Below, in pieces: positions 23,206 to 37,309 of a stretch of 64,000 bases of DNA (position 1 is its first letter; every line of letters starts with the position of its first letter). Source of the DNA: Octopus sinensis (taxonomy: Eukaryota); the NCBI RefSeq assembly GCF_006345805.1, contig NC_042998.1:136276001-136340000 (forward strand). Direction: 5' to 3'. The notes below the pieces were generated by a model. It was not told the origin of the DNA. It saw nothing but the letters and a program-made list of their open reading frames with translations, and did no database searches. The position numbers were made by a program, and so were the translations under genes.

Positions 23206-25962
23206 TTAAATAAAGACCTTTCATCGATATTTCATGTCTTTTATCCATTTTAGCTACATGGCTATGGTCATTTTGGAGTATCATTCTACTAATTTATTTT
23301 CCAAATGCCATATTTACCCTCATTGCACTGATTAAATTCTTACATTCTAACATGCAGATACTGAATTAATTTGTATTATGTCATATGAAATATAGAGAAT
23401 TCCAGAAAGTACCTCAGTATCAAAAAGGAGTTAACTTGGTTCCCTTATCTGAAATGCACATGCATGGAACAAAGTTAGTAACAACAAAGTTGTTACTGAA
23501 TTATTCATTATTTTCAAAATTGATTGAAACAAGGGTAGCATTACCATATTTCAACAGAAATATGACAAGCAAAACAGTTATGTCTGAAGGGTTAAGTCTA
23601 TTGAGCTTTCTTTAAACATTTGATCAGTTGCTTCTAACTATAGTCTAATCAAACAGAGCCAATCAAGGCTCTTCAGTGTCAAATATCAATCAAATTGATG
23701 TCTCTGTGATAGTGTAACAGATTTTCTCTAACTAGAAATAACTCTCCCAGTAAGTAGGTTAAGTATTAGATTCTAAAATAAAGGATTTCCTACTTTATAC
23801 TATCTTGTTCTACACCAAATTACTCATCTTGCTATGACTAACTCTGCTACTTATTCCAAACATCAATAAAGTAAATACTTGTAATATATTGTGATAGGCC
23901 AAATTTTTATTCTCTGTCATCTTCAACAAGTAATTTCATGTCCTATCAAGTAAGACAATTAGTAAGAAATATTTTCTCTTTATTTCTTCAAAATTGATTC
24001 CACATGACAGTGAGTTATTGTAAATAAATCCAAAGATTGCTATAGTTTCTCATGAAACACTATTGTGAAATGGATAAGAAGGTAAAATTCTGACTCAAAG
24101 ATCATAGTTCTATATCTGGTTTTGGGAACTGCTTTGTGTCTTTATAAAAAACACTTAGCTTCATATGTCAGGCAATAGATTATTTAAAACAACCAAGCAA
24201 TAAACTATTGCTTACTCTATTCCAGATCAAATCAGCAAGAATAAAATAGATATTGCCATCTGAGTATCATAAAATCCTCTAAATAACTTATACCACAGCA
24301 GGTGCTTCTCAAAGCAGCAAGACATATCCTCTTACTTGTTTCAGTTACTGGACTGTTGCCATACAGGGGTACCACCTTGAAGTACTTAATAGAACAAATC
24401 AACTCTGGTACCTTTTTCAAATGTCTGGTACATATTCTATCAGTCTCTTTTGCTGAATACTAAGTAACAAGAATATAAACAAACCAACACTGGTTGTCAA
24501 ACAGTGGGGAGAAAAACACATGCACATATACAATGGGCTTTCATTCAGTTTCCATCTATCAAATTCACTCACAAGATATTGGTTTGCCTAGGGCTATAGT
24601 GGAAGACAGTTGCCCAAGGTGCTGCAAAGTGATACTGTACCCAAAATCACATGGTTAAGAAGCATGGGAAACTTATCAGTTGATCAAAAATCCAAAAAGG
24701 TGAGGAGTGACAGTAATGCCAAGTTGTTTAGCTTAATGACCTAAACCATTATTCAAGCCTTTTGAGAATTATTTTACAGAAGATTCCATGTGTAGACAAA
24801 ACACATTTATCATCTCAAAAATGAATCACAAAACTGTAAAAAAAATTTGAGTCAAATGTGGGGAAAGTAAAACTGGTAAAAATGTTAGTGTATGGTGCAA
24901 CCCAAACCCAATTATTTCCAATAAACAATAAAATTTGATAAGTTGGAACAGTGACAAAACATTTTATATGTTCACAAACAATATTGTAAAGACTAAGGTC
25001 ATCATCATCATCATCATTTTAACATCCTTTTTTCCATGCTTGCATGAGTTGGATGGGGTTTATTCATGCAGAGTCTCTATGACTGAATGTTCTTCCTGTC
25101 ACCAATTTTTACCTCTTTCATAGCAAGGTAGTAGTTACCCATGGCCAAACATGTTTACACAGAATGTTGAAAATGAATGAAATTCATTTACAGTAATCAC
25201 ACAATGGTCAACACAAGGAGACACAAACATACACACACTCACACACATATACATTGTGTGTGTGAGGCAGGCTTCTTTCAATTTCCATTTACTAAATCCA
25301 CTCCCAAGACCAAAGCAATAGTATAAAACACTCAAGGTGCCACAGTGGAACTGAACCCAAAACCATAGGTTGTAAAGCAAGCTTCTTAACCACACAGCCA
25401 CAATACCATAAAACCACTGCTTTTGGTTGAAGTGCCTTATGACATTTGCTCCCTCTGTGTTATACAGACTATCTCTTGTCAATTTTGACTTGGTGAAAGT
25501 AGTGACATTGTAAAAGCAGTGATTGTCTCATTTGAAACCTGTAACCAGTAATGCTATTATTTGCAAAATTCAATCATAAATAAAAATAAAGATGGGAATG
25601 GATACAAATGACCGGTAGCACTTAAAGAGGAATTAAGTAAATATCAACCTGAGAGGCAAGTTGAGTGCAAATGAAACTGCTTGTCTATGAAAGCCATCAA
25701 TTAGTGCATTGAGCTAAAGAATGATTACATTGTGAAGAGGATGAATATAAATTTGAGATAAATGAAAAGAGCAGAAGTGAAGTGAATTGATAATAGAAAG
25801 TACAGGAAGTATAAGTAGATTTATGAAGTGATGGTTTGAGTGGAGTACAGACCTTTCAAAAGTAAACTTCCTAAATAACATTCTACAGAATGCAGACATA
25901 ATAAAACAGAGTGGGCTGCAGATATTTCCAATCTATGATTGCATAAAAAAAGAGTTAATCTG

Positions 25963-26300
25963 AGGGTTGGCTCAGTGGTTAGAGCAGCTCACAATCATGA
26001 GGTAGTGAGTTCAATTCCTTGACCGGCTGTGTGTTATGTTCTTGAGCAAGACACTTTATTTCACATTGCTCCAGTTCACTCAGCTGTAGAAATGAGCTGC
26101 AATATCATTGGTGCTGAGCTGTATCAGCCTTTACCTTTCCCTTTCCCTTGGAAAGCATTGATGGCATAGAGAGGGGAGGCTGGTATGCATGGTCAACTGA
26201 TAGTCTTCCATAAAGAACCTTGCCCAGATTTGTGCCTCAGAGAGTAACTTTCCAGGTGCATCTCATGGTTATTCATGAGTGAAGGGATCTTTACACTTTA
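25963..26300 (+). mobile_element. tRNA-derived SINE with CORE-like middle; relatives at 22430-22810 (-), 44010-44275 and 46128-46390
   Basis: TGGCTCAGTGG (A box), GAGTTCAATTCC (B box), then CTTGAGCAAGACACTT..CTCCAGTTCACTCAGCTG; no full cloverleaf. Confidence 0.7.
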
Positions 26301-28072
26301 CCCTTTATTATGATAACAATGTGGTGTGCAAATCTGTCAACCACACATTTTCAGATGTAGAGAGTAGCACTGGTCTCTGGCTATTATACAGCACTCACTT
26401 ATGGCTTCCAGAAGTTAGTACACTGATGGCCACATCATGGCAACCTCACTTCATCTAGTGAGCAAAACTAAGTGGAGAGTATCAGTAACCTCAGAAGGAT
26501 TGCTGTAAAGGGGACATCATCCTTTAAATGCACAAAAACTGAAATGGCAGATGAGTCAGAAGAGCTCATTATGGACAATGGCTCAAAAGGCTTGAGAACA
26601 AGATGGGTGGTACATTTATAGTACTCTCTTGACAGAATACAGACAGACTTCTGATCAATCTCAGTGGAAAGGATCAAGATCTCACCACGTACATGTGGAA
26701 ACCTGCCATGTGTTTATATATATATGTATATATATATAAACCACAACTAGATGCACAATATCCTACCCCTGCAGGATGGGTCAAAATGCTCAGCATGCTG
26801 AATAAAGGTTTGTACTACATCCATCTTCTATTTCCTTCATCAATTACACACACACACACACACACACATACCAATGAAAAAAGACAAAGAAAATTTTAAC
26901 ATGTTTTTAATTATAAGTTACGAATGTTTCTGTACCACCTACATTTACAACACCAGTTTACACAAAATTCTAAAAGAAAAATTATGTAATATTTGCAGTT
27001 TTAGGCATTGGAGAGGCACTTCCACAACTTGCATCAAAATCATGCTATTACATTGTGTGTCTATCAGACCTTGCTGTTTGGTAAGTACCAGGAGGAACAA
27101 TCTTATTGATAATAGCATGAAATTGTGATGATGTTTGGCTGATAACAACTGAAACATAAGCATGTCCAGAGCTTGTGAATGTTTTTGCACCCATAGAAAA
27201 TTCTTGATATTCAACCCACTCAGAACAGATAACAATGATAATGGTGGTGTTTTACAATATAGTCTTTAAACTTTTCTCACAGTTTCTGTATTGGTAAGTA
27301 ATTAGTTTTATTTCTTAATTAGTTATCTCTTCAGCAGTATTTCCAGTAAGCTGTAAAAGTGAACTTAGTATTTCAGTCGTTGCCTTTTCTTTTTACTATT
27401 TTGTACATCATTAAATAGCTGTCAATCCATCAAGTATCCAATCAATTCCATAAAACAAACACTATTTTTAGACATATTTGTGAGATTTAAAAGAATAATT
27501 ATCAAGTGAGATCTAACAAAGCTTATCTGAGGCAAGGTATTGAAATGGTTATACAGAAATGTAATTACAACATCTCTAACAATTGTAACGTTAGCTGATT
27601 CAAGTTGCAGCACACTAAGCCATCATATATAAATAGGTTGAATCACTAAATAAGTAAATATATTGCAAAATAAAAAAAAAAGAGCAATCTCAAGACATGA
27701 TTGAAGCCATCATTTTGAATAAGAACACCAGTTGATTTATTTTGTTTGTTGTTTATTTGTTTGTTTCCTTATTCAAAAAATTCAATTTTAAGCTTGCTAA
27801 ATCTAAAAAGAAAATGAATTGATATAGCTAGCTTTTGGGAGAGAAGTTCTAGCTGGAATATTTTTCTTCCAAAGAAAAATATAATAATAACAATATTAAT
27901 CGTAATAACAACCAAGTAAGACAGAAATGGAAACATTATCGCAATACTGATGAAACTAATGGAAATGCTAATGTGCAAGTCTGAACACAACAAAGTATAT
28001 TCCAATATATGCTTTATATAAATATTATAAATAAGAGGTACATAGAGTACTTGGGGATATAGGAAAATAAGT

Positions 28073-28108
<36 letters not shown>

Positions 28109-28113
28109 TGATA

Positions 28114-28156
<43 letters not shown>

Positions 28157-30129
28157 CGACGACGAATATTCTCAAAATGATAATATTGGTTTCAAATTTT
28201 GGCTCAAGACCAAAGGGTTGAGTAAGTTGATTACATTGACTCCAATACTTGACTGGTACTCCTTTATCAATCCCCAAAAGATGAAAGGCTAAGTTGACCT
28301 CAGGGGAATTTGAGCTCAGAATGTAAAGATGGACAAAATGTCACTAATCATCTTGTCCAGCATGCTAACATTTCTGCCAGTTTGCCACCTTTGTCGTAAT
28401 AATTCTTTCTAAAATAGGCACAAAGCTTGAAATTTTGGAGAGTCAATTACACCACCTCCAGTGTTCAACAAGACAACTGAGAAAGACCATAATAACTATA
28501 AAAATAATTTATGATGGAGAAAAAATCTGAAATATAAAGAAAAATCCAAGAAACCAGATACAGGAAAAGTTGTACTAAAAGACATTTTATCAACCCGAAA
28601 GATGAAAGGCAAAATCAACCATGGCAGAATTTGAACTCATAAGTATCAGTTGAGCACTGAGTCACTCTAATCCACTGCTCCAAAATTGCTGGATTTGTGC
28701 CAGAATTTGAACTCATTATTAATTAAATTAGAAACTATTATTTAAGGACTAAAATTCATAGCAGAGTTAATTTACTGAGTCTTATTTCCCTGATCTCAGG
28801 AAGTCTAAGAGGTTAAATAGGCCTTGGCAGAATTTGAACTCAAGATGTGGTAGAAACATAATTAAATATTGCTTGATTATTTCATCTGCTCCTCCACTAC
28901 TACTACTACTACTACTACTGTTTCTATTTTTTTTTGCTAGTGATGGTGATGATGACAAGGAGAAGGAGGAGAAGTAATATACTGACAATTGTGAAAGACA
29001 ATGGTGAGGATTTTGATGAGGATAGTGAAAATGACATGGTGGTAGTGGTGGTGGTGGATGTGGCTAGGAGAGGATATTGAAGACAATGAGTATAAAAAAG
29101 AAGAAGGGGAGATGGTGATGATGATAATGAGGATGATTAGAAGGAGGGGGCAGGGAAGAAGAAGAGAAGAGGAGTGCAGCAGAGAGGTAGGAGAGGCATG
29201 GGGAAAATGATGATGAGGATGAGGACACCGATGATGATGATGATGATGATGAGAAGGAGAAAGAGGTGGATCCCAATACTGACAAGACAACTGACAAAGA
29301 CCATAATAGCTATAAAAATAAGTTATGATGAAAAAAATAAAGTCTGAAATATAAAGAAAAATCCAAGAAACCAGATACAGGAAAAGTGCTAAAAGACATG
29401 CTGTGTTTAACTTGATACTTTTAAAGTGTTTTATCTTTCTTGCTGAGAAGTTAATGTATTTTTAGGATCAGACTTGTGTACTAAACTAAGTAAAAAGGGT
29501 AAAGAATTTAGGATGTGAAATAGGGAAAGAGTGGAGGGAACAAAAATGTAAAGTTACATGGATAATAAAAGATGGAATGAGCCGCAGGGTGAGAAGGAAA
29601 TAAGATGAGGCTTAGAATTGATAACTGGTATGTAAAATAATATGAGAATTTAGCAAATATGGAATTATAGAAATAAAATAAATTTGGTAGATTCTTTTTC
29701 AAATAAAATCGAAGAAAACTGTTTTGTGGAAATAGAATTCATTCCGGTATGAAACAGGTGTTTGAATATTTTTTTATGAATAAATGAGTGTATACATTTT
29801 GTTGTAGAATAAGTAAATGTATTGGGTGTTGTTGTTGTTGTTGTTGTTATTGTTGTTGTTTTAGCTTCAGATTAGCTCTAACCTTGCAGATTTATCAGTA
29901 AAAGTGTTCCAGATGTAACCATCCTATCCTATTTTAGCTTCTGGATGCAATTTATCTAGGTCAACATTATCCAGTGTATATTTCCTATTTTTTTAAAAGA
30001 TAGATTTGAAATCGTGTCTTAGTTGTTCAGCTGCTATTTCTAGCTGCTCAAGGAGCAGCTAGAAATGGCAGCCAAATCTTTCTCAAATCAAGGCATGATT
30101 TGAGGGAGATTTAACTACTATTTCTAGCT

Positions 30130-30370
30130 ATTTGGGTATGAACAACAAAGGAATTATTATGATACTTGCTAGCTTTATTAAATGCCACCTTATACGATGA
30201 AACATTGTATACTCTTTTACATATGTTACTAACTAGATTTCTAAATATAAAGAGAGAGTGATTGGCGTTGTAGTTAAGTCTTTCATTTAGTTTTCTATAA
30301 GCTTGATATCTACTTGTTAGAAAGTCAATGATATCTATGTGTAGTTGAGAAGTATCACATTCCAACACAA
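30130..30370 (-). mobile_element. Penelope-like reverse transcriptase (thumb region) remnant
   Basis: RLNYNANHSLFIFRNLVSNICKRVYNVSSYKVAFNKASKYHNNS resembles PLE Y....SNHPP.I..NLP..I..R....SS....FN.A...Y..AL. Confidence 0.65.
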
Positions 30371-33133
30371 ACGATAGTCAATCAAAATTCAATATTAAAA
30401 ATAATGTCAAAATGCTGTCACAGGTACAAGGTTTATTTAATAAATTATAAGGGATAAATGAATAAAATAATCAAGAGCAGAAAAATTCTAGACCCAACTG
30501 AAAGTTCAAAACCAAACTGAAGTTTGCAGTGAGTTATCCCCAGAAAAGTTTTTAGTTCAAGATACATTTCAGCCAATCACCATTTGATGATTGCCATCTA
30601 GTATGAAACTTAAAGTAATGGCAAAGAAGTATCTCCAATGTGTATACATATATAATGTGTATACAAATATGCAAATATGGAAATGTACAAGAGATATATG
30701 TGATAGAAGCACAGAGCATTGCTTAGCATGCCAATGCATCACCAATGATGTTCATGAAAGAATTGACATTCATGGAAATAGGAAATGACTTGAATGTATG
30801 TATGTATGTATGTATGTATGTATGTATGTATGTATATGTATGTATGTATGTTTGTATGTATGTATGTATATGAATACATGACAGGCTTCCACCCAGTTTC
30901 TGTCAGTTAAATTCACTCTCTAACTATTGATTGGCCTGGGTCTATGGTAGAAAACACTTGCCTAATGTGCCATGTAATGAGACTGAACCCCAAAATCATG
31001 TGGATGCAAAGGAAGCTTTTTAACTGCACTCCCATGCCTGCACTTACAAATATATATATATTGGGTCATCCCCTAAAAATAATGCAGGTTTTTTTATACT
31101 TCTTTTACTTTTGAAAATGAAGATAAATTTCTTTTTAACCTAAAATATACTCTCCTTCATTTTCTACAATGCTCTTTCATCTATCTAACTATTTTAAAAT
31201 TATTTATATATATATATATCATCATCATCATCATCATCGTCGTTTAGCATCTGTTTTCCATGCTAGCATGGGAAACAGTAATCTGGCCAGTATATATATA
31301 TAAGGAAACATGGAAAATCAGATGTAAAATAAAATATGTATATGCATGTGCATATATATATAAAATATACATGTGAAGATATCTGTGCCTACCTATGTAT
31401 ATAGAATTATGTAATTGTGAATATCTGTTTATAAACATGTACTGGAGTTACAAGCCTTTCTACTTTAGTAAATAAACATAACACAAAAAAGACAAGGAGG
31501 CTTTGAGGTTTCCTTCTCTTGTCTTTTGACCACCAAGGTCAATAAAAATAGTCAGAAATAACAACCAAATTTCTAATCAAAATCACACCCTACAACTGTA
31601 TAATGCAACCCTCGATACAATATCCAAAAATTTGATGGAATAGCCTTGGTTGGATTGTTTTGGTCATAGATCTACTTCAGGTTAGATATAATTTAACCTG
31701 AGGTTAAGCAACAACATAGTGCTAAAATCTTATGATCAGAGATGGATTCTTAGAGCTCCATATTTAAACTATTATCTTACTGTGCTACTCTGTACTGTTA
31801 CGAGATAATGTCTCCACATAATCAATAAACTGACAAAAAGTAACATAATTACAGGTAAGTTCCAGTAAAACTAATCATCTCTACAAAGTAGAGTTTCATC
31901 TTTTTCTCTGTTTTTTTTTTATTCCATTTTTGAAGCAAATTAACTCCAAGCAAATCTCTTGTGTTATCTCTTGTATCTTTACAGATTAAAAACATTTTGG
32001 CACACACCATTCACAAAGATCTTTTTTTCAACTCTAGTCACTAATGCAGATTCTTTTCAGAACTCTAGTTACTAATGCAACAGTGTTGATAATAAACATA
32101 ATGTAATACAATGGTGAATGGTGAATGAATAATAGAAGTGAAAAAAACCCCCAAAAAACAAACAACATCTCTTCTTTAAAAATGCTTTTGGAAATTTATT
32201 TAAGAACATTCTATATATAATATATATATATATATATATTCCTGTGAACTTTACTCTAATTTGAAAAATTTTGAAAGTGAGGGAGGAAGCCCTGAAACAT
32301 TTGAGCAAATGTTTAAATGTTTAATTCATATAATGCACTAATATGCAGTTGTGTGGGGGTATCGGTACATGATGATTTTGATGCTGATGATGACAACGAT
32401 CACGAGGAGGAGGAGGAGTTAATAGAGAGAGTGGGTGAGAATGGTGATGACAATAATGAGATTGTGAGCAGTGATAGTGACAGAACTTGACAATTATGTG
32501 GGTGGATGACAAAGAAGTAAGAGAGGTGAAAGATGAGAAATAGAGAGGAAATGATGATGGTGGTGGGTGTATGATGATGATGATGATGATAATTTGAAAT
32601 GGGGGAGCAGGTTGAGTGTTAATAAGAAGAAAGTGAATATACCTGAAAAAGAAAGTAAGCCTGGTGAACCTGTTACCTAAGAATAGAATTATAACTTGAA
32701 AAGATTTGTAGCATGTTTCTACCTTTGAAATATAACATACGCATATGTATAGAAATGTGTGCATGTGTGCGCATGCACTAACGTGTGTGTGTGTGTTGTA
32801 TTTATGAGAGTGTATGTGCACTTCAGAGGGTAAAGTATATCTTGTTGTCCCCACAAAAAACATACAGTGTGAGAAACTCAGAGTAGCAATGCAGTGAGTT
32901 ACCTGCAACTTCAAATAAATTCAACGTGTATTGAGTATATGCTCTGACATATACTTGACAACTGGTGTTGGTTTGTTTACATCCCTGTAAACCTTTCAAA
33001 AAAAAAAGATTAATAGATTAAATACCAGACTTGAAAATAAGTACTGGTGTCAATCTATTTGACTACATCCTTGAAGGTGGTACACCATTATAGCCACAGT
33101 CCAATGACCAAAGCAAGTAAAAGATAAATGATA

Positions 33134-33832
33134 CAGGGTGTCCCAAAAGTTACTGATGGGTTTCAATTTTTAATAACTTCCTTAGCTTTACAAATAAATA
33201 CATGAAATTTTGATACAACATAAAGGACAATGGAAATTGATATGCACATGTCTAATTTTGCAACACCACTACATTACATATGAAAAATGACATTGCTTAG
33301 TCAAGTCTGGGGAATGTGAAGGCCAGTCGGCATTGCCATAACAGGAGATTATTCTCTCTCCAAAGCACTGCCATAGCAACTGCATTGTTTCTCTTGCAGT
33401 ATGAGTAGTTGTCCCATCTTTCTGGTGCCATGTGTGAGGTCTACTTTGAATGGTCTTCACATTCCCCAGATTTGACTAGCCTGGATTTTTTCTTGTGGGG
33501 ATAGCTGAAAAAGAAGGTTTACATCAACAAACTGGTGACCCTGGTGCAACTGAAGGAGAACATCAATAGAGAAATCAGAGAAGTGGTGTCTGAAACTCTT
33601 GAGGGTGTTAAGGGGCAAGGTTTGGAAAGAGAATGGGTGTGCCAAGCCAAAAATGGCTGCCATTTAAGCGATGTCATTTTTCATGTGTGATGTAGTGGTG
33701 TTGCAAAATTTAACTTGTGCATATTAATTTCCATTATGTCCTTTATATTGTATCAAAACTTCATGTATTTATTTTTAAAGTTAAGGAAGTTATTAAAAAT
33801 TGAAATTCATCAGTGGTTTTTGGGACACCCTG
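33134..33832. mobile_element. Rearranged Tc1/mariner-superfamily element built from two 3' ends, TA TSD
   Basis: TA|CAGGGTGTCCCAAAA ... TTTTGGGACACCCTG|TA; arms 33134-33299 and 33665-33832. Minus-strand transposase piece WHQKDGTTTHTARETMQLLWQCFGERIISCYGNADWPSHSPDLT; plus-strand piece HSPDLTSLDFFLWG*LKKKVYINK..GCHLSDVIFHV*. Confidence 0.9.
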
Positions 33833-34659
33833 TATATGATAAATCTATGGACTCGAGAAGGGTTTTCTCGCAAAATGATTTTCTCTTGTTTCCTTTGTCT
33901 ATGTAGAAAACCTTATGTTACCTGTTTGTTTCAGAGCTAGATAAACTGGTCACTATGGTGTTAAATGTCCTGTGCTGGAAGAAATGCCTTGATCAGAAAA
34001 TATTAATGCTTACTGTAGATTTTAAATCAAAATATACTTTATATGATTAAGCACTTATGATCACTCACTCATCCTCTTCCTCCCCATCCACAACACTACC
34101 CACATATACATACTATAGATAGATAGAGATAGAGAGAGAGGGGGGAGGGAGAGGCAAAATGGCTCTGAGATTATAAAATTAATGGTCTTCAGGTCATTCC
34201 TTACTACTGTCATTGCGTTGCTTTCTTGGGTAGGCATATAATTTAATAAAGTTTATACAAAAATCATTGTCTATCAGTTAGCACATCACACACACACACA
34301 CATACACGGATGTATGCACACATATACATTTACATACACAGGTGTGTATGTATATAGTGGAGTATAATGAGATGGTTCCCAAGCTGATATCTTCTGCCTA
34401 CGTCTAAATATATTAGTCAGTTGAATGGCTTCTTTGGAAAGCAACATAGTAATTTCTGGAAATTCTCTTTCATTCTCAACTACTTTTTTTTTTTTTTTTT
34501 TGGTTTTGATCTCCCTGACATATAATTATAGAAGAGAGTTTTCCAATTATATTTAAATTCTGTTGAACAAGAAAAGAGGAAGTTGTTTTCCTTTTATTTT
34601 ATACATATTTCAATAGCATTTTAAGATTAAAGACCTTCTAGGCAGAGGTAGTAATAATT

Positions 34660-35258
34660 TTTACTAAAAAGATGGAGAGACAATAGCAAATAAAGGCAAT
34701 ATAGGGAAGATTGAGATGAACAGAGAAAAAAATAGTGTAGAAAGAATTGAGGGGAAAAGGGAAAAGAAAGTCATAGAAAAAAATGGAAGAAAGAGGGATA
34801 AGGGAAGGAGAAAGAATAAAATGTTGGAAATAGAGAATGAGAGGGACAAAAAGAATGAGGTCTAGAATGTGTGAGAGGAAAGAGAAAAATAGAGAAGATG
34901 AAAAGGGAGAAAGAGAGAGAGAGAAAAAAAAACAGAGAGGGCAGGGGAATGATGGAAAGTGAGAAAGAAATAAGGAAAATGAAGAAAATTATATTTGTTT
35001 GTGTGTGGGGTGGGTGGGGAGAGAGAGTGAGAGAGAGGGTGGGAGAGTGAGAGAAAGAGAGCAAGAGAGAGTGAGTGAGAGAGAGAGAGAGAGAGACAAA
35101 CAGACAAATAGACAGACAGAGAAGATGGGGTAATTATGGGAGATGAGAGAAAAATAAAACAAGAATGAGAGAGAATAAGAAAGACAAAAAGAACAGAAGT
35201 GGGGAATGAAGGAAAGAGAGATTGGTGTAAAGAGAATGAGTTAAATAATAAGTGAAAA

Positions 35259-35289
<31 letters not shown>

Positions 35290-35420
35290 TGTGGATGTAT
35301 GAAAAAACTGTGAAATGCTGGAAAGAGAGGATAAAGTAAAAAGAAAAAAAAAGAAAAGAAGCTAAAAGAAAGACTAAGTGTGAGAGAAGAGATGACAAAT
35401 TGTATAACAAAGAAGTTATT
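34660..35420. repeat. Long purine-rich (GA/GAA/AGAG) low-complexity tract
   Basis: About 750 bp almost free of pyrimidines on the plus strand, including (GA)n runs. Confidence 0.85.
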
Positions 35421-37309
35421 AGAAAAATCAGAACTAGTGGAGTCATCCAAGAAGTATAAATATCAATGAATCTAATGGAAAACTGTTTTCTAAATATGGA
35501 AATGGAAACATTCTTCAAAGGGAAATCATATAATTTCAAGAAATACAAAGAAATTGTATTTCCATGATAGCTCCTATGTCAAGAACAAGGGCAGCAGCTG
35601 ATTTTGTTGTTTCAGTTGTACAACAACTGAATCTAAACTGAGATGTCTAATGTTGGAACTTTGCACCTTTTGTCTACAACAAACAAGTGAATCCTTATAT
35701 CTTCACGTATTTTATTTGTGTTGTATTGTGGTCTAGTCTTTAAGATTCCTGATCCTTCACTCAGGTAACCCACATTCTGTTTCTGGGTTGGAAACACTTT
35801 AATTTTGAAAGTGATGACTTGTAGAATCAACTGTATGTTAGACACATTGCTTTACAGCATCTAGTTATATATCTTGATTGTCTAAGTTCAAATCTCATCT
35901 GCTTTGCCTTTCATTTTTCTAGGCTCATCACAATCATCGTTGTCATCACCATCACTTTAATGTCTACTTTTTCCTACATTCATGGGTCAGATGAATTTCA
36001 TTGAGGCAGATTTTCTGTAGCTAGATTCCCTCACTCAAGAAGGTTCCTTAGTCCATCTGCTTTGTTGGGCAGCATATATGATTGACATTATCAATATTTT
36101 ACTGAACTGTGACTCAAGTTTAGTGTCAGGATTGCCGTAAGCCTAATGACACATTAAACTGGAGCTTAACTCAATTTCTATGACATATACATGACTGAGA
36201 TCACTATAATCCACAATGATCCATCACAGAGCCAACTGCCCATCTATTACTGTGACTCATTTGCTGCTGAGTGAAGTAGAGCAATGGGAAATTAAGTATT
36301 TTGCTCCAAAACACAATGCATCACCACTTGGTCCAGAAATCAAAACCACAATTGTAAGATCATGAATGCAACACTCTAAACACAAGGCCACACACTTTCA
36401 AGCTTGGTATTGATGCATCAAAAATGTTGAACCATAACAAGCTAGACTTATATCTCAAACAGGTAATAATCCTTTCTATAATAGGCACAAGGTCTGAAAT
36501 TTGGGGGAGGGGCTTGTTGATCACATCGACTCCAATGCTCATCTGGTACTTATTTAAGCAACTCTGAAAGGTTGATGAAAACAAAGTTGACCCTGGTGGA
36601 ATTTGAACTCAGTACTTAAAGATTGATAAAATGTTGCTAAGTATTTTGTTTCGTGTGCTAACAAATCTGCCAGCTCACCACCTTGAAGCAGGTAATAATA
36701 CAATTGTGTTTCTTAAAGGCAAACAAGATATATAATTAGCTAAATCCAATCAAATAAACATCAACAAAAATATTTGAAATGCCAAATCAGTCCATCAAGC
36801 TTTGAATGTTATTTCAGCTTCTATTAATAAATATTGTGATTTGATAACTGTTACAAGAACAAACATTGTAAATGGTGTTACATCTCATTCTCAAACAACA
36901 ATCTATTTTAGAGAGTTGTAATATCATTGCTATGCTAATATTATTGTTGTGTTACATACATTTTACATGCTTATACATGATCAAGACTATTTAAGGTGGC
37001 TACTAGTTCATTGTCAGAGAACATGATTATTCAGTTGAATAAAGCTTTTGGATGTAGATGGAAACTGAAAGAAGCCCATTGTGTATGTATGTATGTTTGT
37101 TTTTTTTTTCTCTTTCCCTTTCTAATTTAAAATAAATTTTGACCAGCCACCTATTTGGTAGCAAAATTGTGAAGGAAAGCATCTTGTTTTAACCATCATC
37201 CCTTAAATCTTAAAGTTTTGGAGATTTTTATAGTCCTAGATATCATGATCATTTGTAGCATATGAATTTGCATTCTTTCCCCAAGAACCCAAGTTCAACC
37301 TTACTTTGT

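Noticed and set aside
25963-26030. tRNA genes at SINE heads (also 46128-46200)
   Set aside because: A and B boxes only; no complete cloverleaf, and they continue into SINE bodies.
28937-29297. Acidic or His-rich ORFs
   Set aside because: Cryptic GAT/GAG/GGT triplet repeats with stops in the acidic frames; no splice or domain support.
32321-32914. 197-aa minus-strand ORF
   Set aside because: Built from (CA)n and (CAT)n low-complexity sequence; no domain.
34664-35548. Phe/Leu/Ser-rich membrane-like ORFs
   Set aside because: Translation of the pyrimidine strand of the GA-rich tract.
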